Source: Chiloscyllium plagiosum (lineage: Eukaryota). Taken from it: a stretch of DNA of 60,305 nt. Of this stretch, positions 12,110-23,984 are shown one piece after another. Every line of letters begins with the position of its first letter. Positions within the stretch are counted from its first letter, which is position 1. Below the pieces are notes generated by a model, which saw only the letters and a program-made list of their open reading frames with translations, was not told where the DNA came from and made no database searches. Where the stretch lies: contig NC_057757.1 in NCBI RefSeq assembly GCF_004010195.1, positions 9,497,013 to 9,557,317 of the forward strand. Reading direction: 5' to 3'. The position numbers and the translations under genes were made by a program.

Positions 12110-12297
12110 GAAATGTAGGCGAAGGTTGGATTGGCCGTGGGACATTGCCCATAAAGTTCAGCTATGTGTGGGCGAGCAACGGGGAATGTAGGGTTACAGG
12201 GATAGGGTGGGTCTGGGTGGGCTGTGTTTCGGCAGGTCAGTATGGACTCGATGGGCCAAATGGTTTGTTTCCACACTATAGTGATTCTGTGATTCTA
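12110..12297 (+). mobile_element. HE1-type SINE, 3' part
   Basis: Matches the body and tail of the 43001-43315 copy; tail (tgattc)n. Confidence 0.7.
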
Positions 12298-12808
12298 TCA
12301 GTTACTTTAAAAGGACATAGTTTAAGCCATTTCTGAGCTCTGGGTCTGCTGACTTACAGAGTGATCAGGGCAACCTTTGGTCACTGACAAGCGCTGCTTC
12401 CTGCCCAACAGCTTGGACAGGCGTCACTTTACAGAGATCAATTGTGAGTTTGTTTTCTTTCTGTGTTGAGAGATGGCTTGTTTATGACAACTCTCATATT
12501 GCTTGTGAATGATTGCAATGGGACATTACAGCACCATCATGTCATCGCCAAGGTCGACTCAGTGAAGCTCTACTGTACTCAATGGATGATGTTTCGGGTA
12601 CCATGCAGCCAATTAGCTCTCAGCTTTTATTTAGGCCCTGACCAAATGCCAATGAAAATGCAGGTCTTTGCGAAATTGCGATGGATTGGCTGCAATCCTT
12701 GCATCCCCAATTAAAGCATGTGTTACGTTAGAAGACATACAGTGCATCTGAAGACTATGAACATATAACATTCCGACTGTACAATAAGAAGGATAAGACA
12801 GGGCGCGA

Positions 12809-13482
12809 TCACATCACGACGCAGCACTGACAACGTTGCTTCTCCTTCAAATCCTCCACCTCGTCTACTGCCTCTTTACCCTTCCCAGCCGCCTTCTCCT
12901 CTGCACCCTGGGCAGCGGTGGTGCCATTGGGAGGGGCCTGGCTCTCCCCTGGCCTCTCGCTCTTGCCATCAGCATCTTCAATCACCACAAGCTCTGCTTT
13001 GCCTGTTCCATCATACCCGAGCACCTTCTTGGTCTCATTCTCGTCCTCGACGTCCTGGTAACCCATGAAGATCATGGTAACCGGCTGGTCTTTGCTAGGC
13101 TCTGCGCCATCCCCCGGAGTTTTCTGAAGGATTTTAAGGCTCTCTCCGGCCATCCCGTCCGGCTTTAGCTTCTCTGGGGTCTGACCGTCGGCCTGGAGCT
13201 GACCATGAGGTCCTTTCCCCTCAGGAGTCAGCGCTTTATTGAAGTCTGTCACCTTGTCAGCCTTCTGTATCAGCTCGTCCACCTCGGTGCTCGTGAGAAG
13301 GTGGACTCCGTTCTCCACTGCTCCGTCACCTTTGCGCATCTCATGGATAACCTTGAGGTCATCCTCGTAGACCTTGACTCCTTGTTGCTTGAGGTTCTTG
13401 GGAGACACACTGCTGGTGGACAGGACTTTGGTCTCCCCTGTTACATTGTCCTTCTCCACCGTAATTTCCACCGCAAACATCG
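12809..13482 (-). CDS. PALM: Paralemmin terminal coding exon (phase 1 start, stop TGA, CaaX box CVVM)
   Basis: Acceptor ttgttgtttgcag. Encodes AMFAVEITVEKDNVTGETKVLS, GVKVYEDD, ENGVHLLTSTEVDELIQKAD, PVTMIFMGYQDVEDENETKKVLG, AELVVIED, APPNG and KQRCQCCVVM, all paralemmin signature blocks. Family assignment is secure; the PALM1 paralog call is inferred. Confidence 0.93.
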
Positions 13483-13690
13483 CTGCAAACAACAAAAGGA
13501 GCTGAATGTCAGCAAATAGGTAACAAAAAAATACAGTCACTGCATGTTAAGGACTAGTGGCAATGGTTCCATAATCTGGTGGGTAAATCTCTCCCACCAC
13601 AGCTCTTCAAATAACAAAAGACAGCAAACTTTGTTTGAACCGACACCTTCCCCAATGACCTGAAATCTCATGAGCCGGCAAAACATATAA

Positions 13691-13812
13691 GTTGAAACTT
13701 TATTGATGGAACAGCACAGCAGGTCAGGCAGCATCCAGGGAACAGGAGATTCGACGTTTCGGGCACAGGCCCTTCTTCATTTGATCTCCAGCATCTGCAG
13801 ACCTCACTTTCT
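13691..13812. mobile_element. Short bipartite (inverted) PLE terminal insertion, family A
   Basis: TSD cggcaaaacatataa at 13676-13690 and 13813-13827. Confidence 0.8.
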
Positions 13813-14346
13813 CGGCAAAACATATAAACCTTAAATGCATATTTATTGTATTATTGCGATCTCCCCAATGTCTGAGTAATCAGATGAGGGTGCAAATGAG
13901 AAAGCTCTCTACTGGTAATATTTAAGGAAAGGTTAGATCATTATTTATGCTGTAAATAAAGTATAACGGTCATATGTTACGTTTTTATTACTTGGCATGT
14001 TTTTATATTGATTAGGCGTACCTCTCAATTATCCGGAATATTGCTTCAACAGTTACACTGCTTGTTCCCCAGGTGCTGGTTAATAAAATATTTGTAGTAA
14101 TAACTCAAATGTTCCATAGACAACACCTTCCAAACCCATATCATCTATCAGGTAGCTGGCCAAATGCAGCTAATGCATGGAACACTACCCTGTGGCAAGC
14201 TCCCCTCCTAGTCACTCACCTCCCTGTGTTGTTCCTTCGGTGTCACTGGGTCAAATTTCTGGAACTCCCTTCTTCACAACCATGTGGGCGCCGACAGCCC
14301 ATGGACTGTAGCAGTTCAAGAAGGTGGCTCACCCCAAAGGGCAATT

Positions 14347-14608
14347 CATAGAATCCCTACAGTGCAGAAAGAAAGCCATTCGGCCTACACCAACCCTCTG
14401 AACTGCATCCCACCCAGACCCACCCCTGTAACTCTGTTTCCCCATGGCTGATCCACTTAGCCTGCACATCCCTGAACAATTCAGCGTGGCCAATCTACCT
14501 AACCTGCACATCTGAATGTCCAAACTCCACACAGACAGTCACCCAAGGGTAGGATCGAACCCGGGTCTCTGGAGCTATGAGGCAGCAGTGCTAACCACTG
14601 AGCCACCC
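14347..14608 (-). mobile_element. HE1-type SINE
   Basis: Minus-strand head ggtggctcagtggttagcactgctgcctca with B-box ggttcgatcc, and the shared tail. Confidence 0.8.
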
Positions 14609-14886
14609 AATGAAGGACAGCAACAAACACCAGCCCAACCAGTGAAACCCACATTCCATGAGTGAAGAAAAGTAAAACCAATTTGGTCTTCCACATTGAC
14701 CTGAAAGTGAAAATCAGGTCTGAGCTTAGGTCCTCATTGAACCAACTGCAGCTTCAACAGTGCAGCACTCCCTCAGCACCTTAACTCACAGAATTTTCAT
14801 CCCAATCTACAAGCTGAAGTGACTGCAGTGGGGCCTATAGCGAGAACCTGCTGGGTTAATGATCAGATTGTCACTTCTGAAACCTG

Positions 14887-15017
14887 ATTCTGGATTAGTG
14901 GTGCTGGAAGAGCACAGCAGTTCAGGAATCTGATGAAGGGCTTTTGCTGAAACGTCGATTTTGCTGCTCCTTGGATGCTGCCTGAACTGCTGTGCTCTTC
15001 CAGCACCACTAATCCAG
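14887..15017. mobile_element. Palindromic PLE terminal insertion with degenerate hammerhead motif (14930-14956, +)
   Basis: TSD acttctgaaacctg at 14873-14886 and 15018-15031; ctgatgaagggcttttgctgaaacgtc. Confidence 0.8.
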
Positions 15018-15329
15018 ACTTCTGAAACCTGGTTGACTCTGATTAATAGAGTTTTAGAGTCATTATTATAGTGAGGAGGTCATTCTATCCATTGAGATTA
15101 TACTGACCCTATGAAGTAAACCTGCTAATCCTATTCCCTCACTCCATCCACGCAGTCCTGTTACAAATGTCCATCCGATTTTCTTCTGACATCACTAATC
15201 TGAATTCACTGCTCTCAAAGGCAGTCAGTCATCATTAATTGCTGTGTCTCATTCCAAAAATCTTCGAGCTGTGTCCCCTTGTCATTGGACCATCAGCTAA
15301 TGGAACAATTTCTCTTTGACCATTTTAAA

Positions 15330-15765
15330 CATAGAACTTTGAACATTCTAGTGCAGTCCAGGCCCTTCGGCCCTCAATGTTGCGCCGACCTGTGAAACCA
15401 ATTTGAAGTCCATCTCTCCCCCACTATTCCATTTTCATCCGTATGCCTGTCCAATGACCATTTCAATGCCCTTCAAGTTGGCAACTCTACTACTGTTGCA
15501 GGCAGTGCGTTCCACGCCCCTACTAATCTCTGAGTAAAGAAACTACCTCTGACATCTGTCCTATATTGATCACCCCTCAATTTAAAGTTATGTCCCCTCA
15601 TGCTGCCCATCACCATTGAGGAAAAAGGCTTTCACTGTCCACCCTACCTAACCCTCTGATTATCTTATACGTCTCAATTAAGTCACCTCTCAACCTTCTC
15701 ACGAAAACAGCCTCAAGTCCCTCAGCCATTCCTCATAAGACCTTCCCTCCATACCAGGCAACATC
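15330..15765 (-). mobile_element. CR1 LINE 3' end
   Basis: Similar to the 3' ends at 27018-27470 and 25900-26345. Confidence 0.8.
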
Positions 15766-15767
15766 AG

Positions 15768-16915
15768 AGAGGTTCCCATGGGGGACTGGTTAGCAAGGTT
15801 AGATCTCATGGAATACAGGGAGAACTAACCATTTGGCTTAAAGGTAGAAGACAGAGGGTGGTGGTGGAGGGGTGTTTTTCAGACTGGAGACCTGTGACCA
15901 GTGGAATGCCACAAGGATCAATGCTGGGTCATTTTCGTCATTTTCGTCATTTATATTAATGATTTGGATGTGAGCTTAAGAGGTATAATTTGTAAGTTTG
16001 CAGATGACACCAAAATTGGAGATGTAGTGGACAGTGAAGAAGGTTACCTCGAATTACAATGGGATCTTGATCAGGTGGGCCAATGGACTGAGGAATGGCA
16101 GATAGAGTTTAATTCAGATAAATACGAAGTGCTGCATTTTGGGAAAGCAAATCTTAGCAGAATTTATACACTTAACGGTAAGGTCCTAGGGAGTGATGCT
16201 GAACAAAGAGACCTTGGAGTGCAGGTTCACAACTCCTTGAAAGTAGAGTCGCAGGTAGATAAGATAGTGAAGAAGACGTTTGGTATGCTTTTCTTTATTG
16301 AGTACTGAGTACAGGAATTGAGAGGTCATGTGGTTGTACAGGACATTGGTTAGACCACTGTTGGAATATTGCGTGCAATTCTGGTCTCCTTCCTATCAAA
16401 AGGATGTTGTGAAACTTGAAAGGGTTCAGAAAAGATTTATAACGATTTCGCCAGGGTTGGAGGATTTGAGCTACAGGGAGAGACTGAATAGGCTGGGGCT
16501 GTTTTTCCTGAAGCATTGGAGGCTGAGGTGATGATCTTATAGGGTTTTATAAAATCATGAGGGGCATGGATAGGATTAATAGCCAAGGTCTTTTCCCTGG
16601 GGTGGGGGAGTCCAGAACTAGAGGGCATAGGTTTAGAGTGAGAGGGGAAAGATATAAAAGAGAACTAAGGGGCAACTTTTTCATGCAGAGGGTGGTGCAT
16701 GTGTGGAATAAGCTGCCAAAGGAAGTGGTGGAGGCTGGTACAATTGCAACATTTAAAAGGCTTCTGGATGGATATATGAATAGGAAGGGTTTGGAGGGAT
16801 ATGAGCCGGGTGCTGGCAGGTGAGACTAGATTAGGTTGGGATATCTGGTTAGCATGGATGATTTGAACCGAAGGGTCTGTTTCCGTGCTGTACATCTCTA
16901 TGACTCTGTGACTCT
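15768..16915 (+). mobile_element. 5'-truncated CR1 LINE (RT C-terminus and tail)
   Basis: FVIYINDL..KFADDTK, RPLLEYCVQFWSP and SRTRGH; tail (atgactct)n. Confidence 0.92.
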
Positions 16916-19670
16916 ATCTTTCCTATAATGCGGTAACCAGAACTGTACGCAATACTCCAAGTGTGGCTGCATCAGAGGTCTGTACAGCTGCAGCATGACC
17001 TTGTGGCTCCAAAACTCAATCCCTCTACCAATAAAAGCTAACACACCGTATGCCTTCTGAACAACCCAATCAACCTGGGTGGCAACTTTCAGGGATCTTT
17101 GTACCTGGACACAGAGATCTCCCTGCTCATCTACACTACCGAGAGTCTTACCATTAGCCCAGTACTCTGCATTCCTGTTACCCTTCCAAAGTGAATGACC
17201 TCACACTTTGTTGCATTAAACTCCATTTGCCACCTCTCAGCCCAGCTCTGCAGCTCATCTATGTCCCTCTGTAACCTGCAACATCCTTCGGCACTACCCA
17301 CAACTCTACCGACCTTTGTGTTATTCGCAAATTTACTGACCCATTCTTCTACACCCTCATTTAGGTCATTTATAAATATGATAAACTGCAGTGGGCCCAA
17401 AACAGATCCTTGTGGTACACCACAAGTAACTGAGCTCCAGGATGAACATTTCCCAACAACGACCACCCTCTGTCTTCTTTCAGCTAGCCAATTCCTGATC
17501 CAAACCACTAAATCACCTTCAATCCCATGCCTCTGTATTTTGTGCAATAGCCTGCCATGGGGAACCTTATCAAACGCCTTACTGAAATCAATATACACCA
17601 CATCAACTGCTTTACCCTCATCCACCTGTTTGGTCACCATCTCAAAGAACTCCAAAAGATTTGTGAGCACGACCTACCTTCACAAAACCATGCTGACTAT
17701 CCCTAATCAAGCTATTCCTTTCTAGCTGATCATAAATCCTATCTCTTTTAACCTTTTCCAACACTTTACTCACAACTGAAGTAAGGATCACTGGTCTCTA
17801 ATTTCCAGGGTTGTCTCTACTCCCCCTCTTGAACAAGGGGACAACATTTGCTATCCTCCAATCTTCTGGCAATACTCCTGTAGACAATGATGACATAAAG
17901 ATCAAAGCCAAAGGCTCTGCAATCTCTTCCCTGGCTTCCCAGAGAATCCTTGGATAAATCCCATCCGGCCCAGGGGGTTTATCTATTTTCACACTCTCCA
18001 GAATTGTCTTGTGAACCGCAATCTCGTAGCCTGTATCTCAGTGTTCTCCTCGACAACATTTTTACAGTGTAAAAATTTTCTAGAGGAAAAATATTCATTT
18101 CGCGCTTCCCCTGTCTCCTCTGACTCCTTGCACAACTTTCCACTACTATTCCTGATTGGCCCTAATCTTTCTCTAGTCATTCTTTTATTCCTGATATACT
18201 GATAGAAAACTTTAGTGCTTTCCTTGATCCTATCTGCTAATGACTTCTCATGTCTTCTCCTTGCTTGTCTTAGCTCTCCCTTTAGGTCTTACCTGGCTAG
18301 CACCTGAACTGAGTCTTCGGTCTCATCTAACATAAGCCTTCTTCTTACTCTTGACAAGAGATTCAACTTCTTTCATAAACCACAGTTCCCTCACTCAACC
18401 ACTTCCTCCCTGCCTGACAGTTACATAATTATCAAGGACACGTAGAGCTGTTCCTTGAATAAGTTCCATATTTCAACTGTGCCCGTCCCCTGCAGTTTCC
18501 TTCCCCATCTTATGCATCCTAAATCTTGCCTGATCACATCATAATTGTCTTTCCCTCAGCAATAACTCTTGCTCTGCATTATATACCTATTCCTTTCCAT
18601 CACTAAAGTAAACATAATGAAATTGTGGTCACTATCACCAAAGTCCTCACCTACCTCCAAATCTAGCACCTGGCCCAGTTCATTACCCAGTACCAAATCC
18701 AATGTGGCCTCGCCCCTTATTAGACTGTCTACATACCGTGTCAGGAAAATTATGGTCACTATCACCAAAGTCCTCACCTACCTCCAAATCTAGCACCTGG
18801 TTCATTACCCAGTACCAAATCCAATGTTGCCTCGCCCCTTATTAGACTGTCTACATACCGTGTCAGGAAACCCTCCAGACAAAAACTGACCCATCTAAAG
18901 GAAAGTTGAAGTCTCCCATAACAAGTACCCTGTTACTCTCAATCCTATGCAGAATCATCTTTGCTATCGTTTCCTCTACATCTCTGGAACAATTTGGAGG
19001 CCTATAGAAAACTCCCAACAGGGACCCTCTCCTTTCCTGTTTCTAACCTCAGCCAAGACTACCTCAGTAGATGAGTCCTCAAACATCCTTTCTGCCACCG
19101 TAATACTGTCTTTGCCTAACAATATCACACCTCCCCCTCTTTTACCATATTCCCTGTTCTTACTGAAACATCTAAACCCTGGAACCTGCAACAACCATTC
19201 CTGTCCCTGCTCTCTCCATGTCTCCGAAATGGTCACATCATTGAGGTCCCAACGACCAACCCATGTTGCATGTTCATCCACCTTATTCCAGATGCTTCTG
19301 GCGTTGAAGTAGTCACACTTCAAACTACCTTCCTGCCTGCTGGTACATTCTTGTGACCTTGAAACGTCACTTCTGATCTCACTACTCTCAACTTCCTGGA
19401 CACTGGAGCTACTATTCAGGTTCCCAACCCCATTGCTGGATTAGTTTAAACCCTCCCAAAGAGCATTAGCAAACATCCCCCACCCCCCCCCCCTCACGCC
19501 CAGGATATTGGTACCCCTCTGGTTCAGGTATAGACCGTCTCATTTGTAGAGGTCCCAACCACACCAGAATGAGCCTCAATTATCCAATTATCCGAAACTC
19601 TCCCTCCTGCACCATCCCTGTAGCCACGTGTTCAACTCCTCTGTCTTCCTATTCCTCTCCTCACTGGCAT
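16916..19670 (-). mobile_element. Decayed CR1 LINE (ORF1 end, endonuclease, RT)
   Basis: YFNARSI..ISETW (endonuclease), LDLVL..SDHN, PGPDGIYPR, DFSKAFDKVPH and GVPQGSVLGP. Confidence 0.92.
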
Positions 19671-20082
19671 CTTATCTTGAAGACCTCAATTAGAACTTCC
19701 CTTTGTTGCAGGCACATCTCCAACTACATTTTGTAACTAACATCCCCAATCCCTGAAACTATTCCAGTAAATCTTCATATGAATCTCTCAAGGACCCTTC
19801 TATCCTTCCTAAACATTAGTGAACAGGATTGGGTGCAATTCTTATTAAGGCCTCACTCGAGCTTAATAAAGGACCACAGAAACTTGTCTGTTTTTGTTTT
19901 CAATACCCCAGTGTTGGAAACTCAAGAACCCACATTACTTTGCTCACCACCTTCTCACTAGATCACTCCGAACAGTCCAGGTCCCTCTGCCTCCGATATT
20001 ACGACCATAGATTTAAATTGACCCACCCATGAAAGTGGAATCTCTTTTGAAAAAAATGAGGCAAACGTTTTTTACCTCTCCA

Positions 20083-20193
20083 AAACCAAAAGAGAAAATG
20101 CTGGAAAATCTCTGCAGGTCTGCCTGAGCTGAGATTTTCCAGCATTTTCTTTTTTGGTTTCAGATTCCAGCATCTGCAGTAATTTGCTTTTAT
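20083..20193. mobile_element. Short hairpin insertion, PLE-terminus-like, inside a CR1 tail fragment
   Basis: Arms aaaccaaaagagaaaatgctggaaaatctc and gagattttccagcattttcttttttggttt, followed by ccagcatctgcag as in other PLE ends. Confidence 0.6.
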
Positions 20194-20669
20194 CCAGTTT
20201 TTTTTCCTCTCAGAGGGTTGTGAGTGTTTGGAACTCTCTCCTTGACCAGACACTGGAAGCAGAATCGGTGAATCTTTCTTAAGGCAGAGGTAGACAGATC
20301 CTTGTTCCGAATGGGGTGGGGGTGGGGTAGGAGAAGTTAGGAATGAGGATTTGAGGTTACAATCAAATCAATTATATTCTTCTTGGGAGGGTGGAATAGG
20401 TTCGAAGGGCTGAATGGTCGACTTGTCCTCGCTGTTCAGTGACAGAGAAGGAAGAGCGATGTCGCTCCAAGTCAAGATGGTGACTGAGGGGACAGGGGGC
20501 TTGGCGATTTTCTGCCCTTATCCTCCTGGTTGACAGAAGATGGGAACTTGGAAGGCATAGTCTATGGAAGTTTTGTGAGTTATTTCATTACTTGAAGAGC
20601 AGTAGGGGAGGTATCCAAGGGATTTATGTTTGTTTCTCTATTCTGTAAAATTGTTCCTTTATCTTAAGG

Positions 20670-20945
20670 AGCTCTGAGACTAGGAACCGAGGGCACAGCC
20701 TTAGAGTGAAGGACAACCCTTTCGAACTGAGATGAAGAGGAAATTCTTCAGCCAGAGGGTGGTGAATCTGTGGAACTCATTGCCGCAGAGAGCTGTGGAG
20801 ACCAAGTCATTGAATGTATGCAAGAGGGATGGACATGTTCTTGATGAGTAAAGGTATCAAGGGATATGTGAGAAGGCAGGGGAATGGGATTGAGAAAAGT
20901 CTCAGCAATGATCAAATGGGCTGAATGGCTAATATCATATGGTCT
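20670..20945 (+). mobile_element. CR1 3' fragment
   Basis: Similar to 6370-6690 and 48940-49200. Confidence 0.75.
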
Positions 20946-21459
20946 TGTGGTGTGTACAAGATCAGCTGTCAGTATTTTCATTTTGAGGCTCTGTCATGTA
21001 ACTTGAATTACTTCAACAGAATGGTGTTTGTAATTATTGCTGCACAGAGGAAACATAATACACTGAACCAATCACAAATCTGAGCAATACTTCACAGAGA
21101 GATATCTTCTTCCTCCTGATTGTTGTTTATCTTTGATATATGATTGGAGATAGTTTTCTGCTTAAGGAAATGATCAAAATTAGCTACTGCAGAGAGACTC
21201 TGCACAGGAACATGTGATGACATTGGCAATTTTTAAACATATATCCTTCCCCAACCTCCTCACTTCCTATCGATCCCTCAGTCCCTGTTGATCCCTTACT
21301 CCCTATAACTCTCTCAGTCCCTGTAACTCTCTCAGTTCCGGTCGCTCTCTCTCTCCCTGTTGATCCTGGAATATGTCACTGCAGCTTGCAAGCGGTTTAG
21401 CCATCCAGCAGTACCAGCAAAGCTCCAGCAGGTGGCAGACATTACCACTAATCCATAGA

Positions 21460-21925
21460 AAGCGACGATTGTAGATGCTGGAGATAAGAGTGGAGAGTGT
21501 GTTGCTGGAAAAGCACAACAGGTCAGGCAGCATCCAAGGACCAGGAGAGAAGACGTTTTGGGCGTAAGCACTTCATTAGGAATCTTGGAGGGATTGGGGG
21601 ATGGGGTGGAGTGGAAGGATGGGTGCCCAAAGGGGCTGAGAGATAAATAGGAGGGGGCTGGGGTTTGGGAATGCAATAGGTAGATGGAGGTGGGGGGGGG
21701 TTGATGGTTATAGGTTGGAGCAGAGGGTGGAGCGGATAGGTGGGATAGGCTTGGATTTGGTGGTGGAAGAGGCCAAAGGCTTGCATGTCCTTGGCAGAGT
21801 GAGAGGGGGAGTTGAAGTGTGGAGTGGTGGGGTTGTTTGGTATATGTGTCCCAGAGATGTTCTCTGAAACATTCTGCAAGTTGGCGTCCTGTCTCCCCAA
21901 TGTAGAGGAGACCACATCGAGAGCA
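21460..21925 (-). mobile_element. PLE 3' fragment (GIY-YIG endonuclease and terminal repeat)
   Basis: CSRCGLLYIGETGRQLAECFREH and HFNSPSHS. Confidence 0.88.
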
Positions 21926-21961
21926 GCAGTCCAGCAGCTTGATACTGGCCAAATACCACAG

Positions 21962-22300
21962 GACTAGGCTGGACTGGGCTGGGCTGGGCAGGACTGGTCT
22001 GGGCTGGGCTGGTCTGGTCTGGGCAGGGCTGGACTGGTCTGGTCTGGGCTGGTCTGGTCTGGGCAGGGCTGGACTGGTTTGGGCTGGTCTGGGCAGGGCT
22101 GGCTGGACTGGGCTGGGCTGGGCAGGACTGGTCTGGGCTGGGCTGGTCTGGTCTGGGCAGGGCTGGACTGGTCTGGTCTGGTCTGGTCTGGTCTGGGCTG
22201 GTCTGGTCTGGGCAGGGCTGGACTGGTCTGGTCTGGTTTGGGCTGGTCTGGGCAGGGCTGGTCTGGTCTGGGCAGAGCTGGTCTGGGCTGGGTGGGCTGG
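21962..22300. repeat. G-rich pentamer satellite (GGGCT/GGTCT/GGACT/GGGCA)
   Basis: About 67 pentamers; the source of the spurious W/G-rich ORFs. Confidence 0.95.
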
Positions 22301-23009
22301 TTGCTCTGCAAACAGATTGGGCTACAAAATCTGAAATATCCTGTTGTCCCAGGGGCTTTCAGAGCCAGGGTCAGCTCGAGGGTATCTCCTTTATAGCAAA
22401 CACCCAAACGTACTGCAGAGTGCTACAAGACATTTACTGAGATGGAATATGTCGGAACTCAGGCATGAATACCCCTATCTCATATCCCCCAGCTAATATG
22501 CCACACCTGTTGTCCCCCTTCAGCCACCAGGCTGCTCCCTGCTTGTTTACCCTCACACCCTGTTACAACAAATTGGAAATCAACAGGTTTCATTTTAACA
22601 AGTACTATTCATAAGGACCAGGGAGCGTAACTTCCTGCTGTTGGTTATAATCTCTGCCCACTGACTGTGACCGGTGGATGTGGTGACAACTCTCCTGACC
22701 TTCTGGACAGGGTGAAGACTTTCTGACCTTTGACCCTCTGGACAGGGTGAAGACTCTGCTCTGGACAGGCAGGATGTCCCAAATGTCGTCAAGACTTGAA
22801 CTAACAGGGGTCAGACCTGTGTGACACTGCAAGACCATGTAGTGAGCTGACAATTCTTACAAGACCGCACAGAGACTCACATAATAACATTCAAAGGGCC
22901 AATACACTACAAAATAAAACTGAAGTTATATTCAAAGTTTGTGAGAAGATTTGTAGCTCGGGTGCTCGTTGTTGTGGTTCTGTTCGCCGAGCTGGGAATT
23001 TGTGTTGCA

Positions 23010-23043
23010 GACGTTTCGTCCCCTGTCTAGGTGACATCCTCAG
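23010..23043 (-). ncRNA. Minimal hammerhead ribozyme motif (family B)
   Basis: gca-CTGAGGA-T-GTC.A.CCT-AGAC-AGG.G.GAC-GAAACGTC-tgc; the flanking gca and tgc can form stem I. Confidence 0.72.
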
Positions 23044-23410
23044 TGCTTGGGAGCCTCCTGTGAAGCGCTTCTGTGATCTTTCCTCCGGCATTTGTAGTTC
23101 TATGAACACCAACTAGCCACGAAACGACACAACCAGCTATCCTTAGTAGCCACACACACAGATGACAAGCAACATGAATTTGACTGGGACAACACTACTA
23201 TTATAGGACAAGACAAACAGAGAACAGCCAGGGAATTCCTAGAGGCGTGGCACTCATCCACAGATTCAGTCAATAAGCACATCGACCTGGACCCAATATA
23301 CCGGCCACTGCAGCGGACAGCTGGAACTGACAACCGGAAGCGGCAGATTCAAACCACTACAAATACCGGAGGAAAGATCACAGAAGCGCTTCACAGGAGG
23401 CTCCCAAGCG

Positions 23411-23444
23411 CTGAGGATGTCACCCAGACAGGGGACGAAACGTC
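23411..23444 (+). ncRNA. Minimal hammerhead ribozyme motif (family B)
   Basis: gcg-CTGAGGA-TGTCACCCAGACAGGGGAC-GAAACGTC-tgc. Confidence 0.68.
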
Positions 23445-23984
23445 TGCAACACAAATTCCCAGCTCGGCGAACAGAACCACAAAAATGAAGTTACATTGGC
23501 CCTGGCCTTTGACTGAGCTGTCTGAATGTCTTTGTGTTTATCATTTCATGGGATGTGGGTAGCAATGTCTGGGCCAGCATTTATTGTCCATCTCCAATGC
23601 CTTGAAGGAGATAGTGAGGAGCTGCCTTCTAGAATGTTCTGAGGGTGTAGGGCATCCACAGTGCTGTTCCACCAGAAATTTCATACCAGTGTTTAAGTAC
23701 AGTCTCTCTGGCATATGAAAGATGCATTTTCACCTGATAATGTTACTGGAAACCCAAGCCTAGTCAGTAGATTTTGTAATTGTTTATGAGTGGGAGTCAT
23801 TGGCTGGGTGGAGTGAGAAATGCTTGCATGTTTCTTTGAGTGTGTGCTTGGCTGGGGGTTTCTGGGTATATGGGTGCATGACAGCATTGGCATGAACGTC
23901 TGTTGCGGGCATCATGCATGTCCCATGTTTGGGAGTACGTGTGTGAGCACATATAATGGGACTCTCGGAAGGTATGCTGCCTCC

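Larger units (their letters stand above)
22933..23480. mobile_element. PLE family B insertion with inverted terminal repeats
   Basis: Left arm at about 22970-23098 is the reverse complement of 23356-23480. The internal + strand encodes a GIY-YIG C-terminus (HQLATKRH..HEFDWDNTTIIGQ..AREFLEAWH). Imperfect 17-bp TSD at 22916-22932 and 23481-23497. Confidence 0.88.

Noticed and set aside
13483..13540. N-terminal MTVFFCYLFADIQLLLLFA of the 243-aa ORF as a signal peptide
   Set aside because: It is intronic polypyrimidine tract upstream of the acceptor at 13483.
14678..14699. Another 22-nt phase 0-1 exon candidate (VNVEDQI)
   Set aside because: Donor gtttta is poor and it lies downstream of the phase 1-1 exon, so the order is incompatible.
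21939..22407. W/G-rich and P/Q-rich ORFs; resemblance to immunoglobulin switch pentamers
   Set aside because: These are translations of a pentamer satellite; AGCT motifs are nearly absent and there is no Ig locus here.
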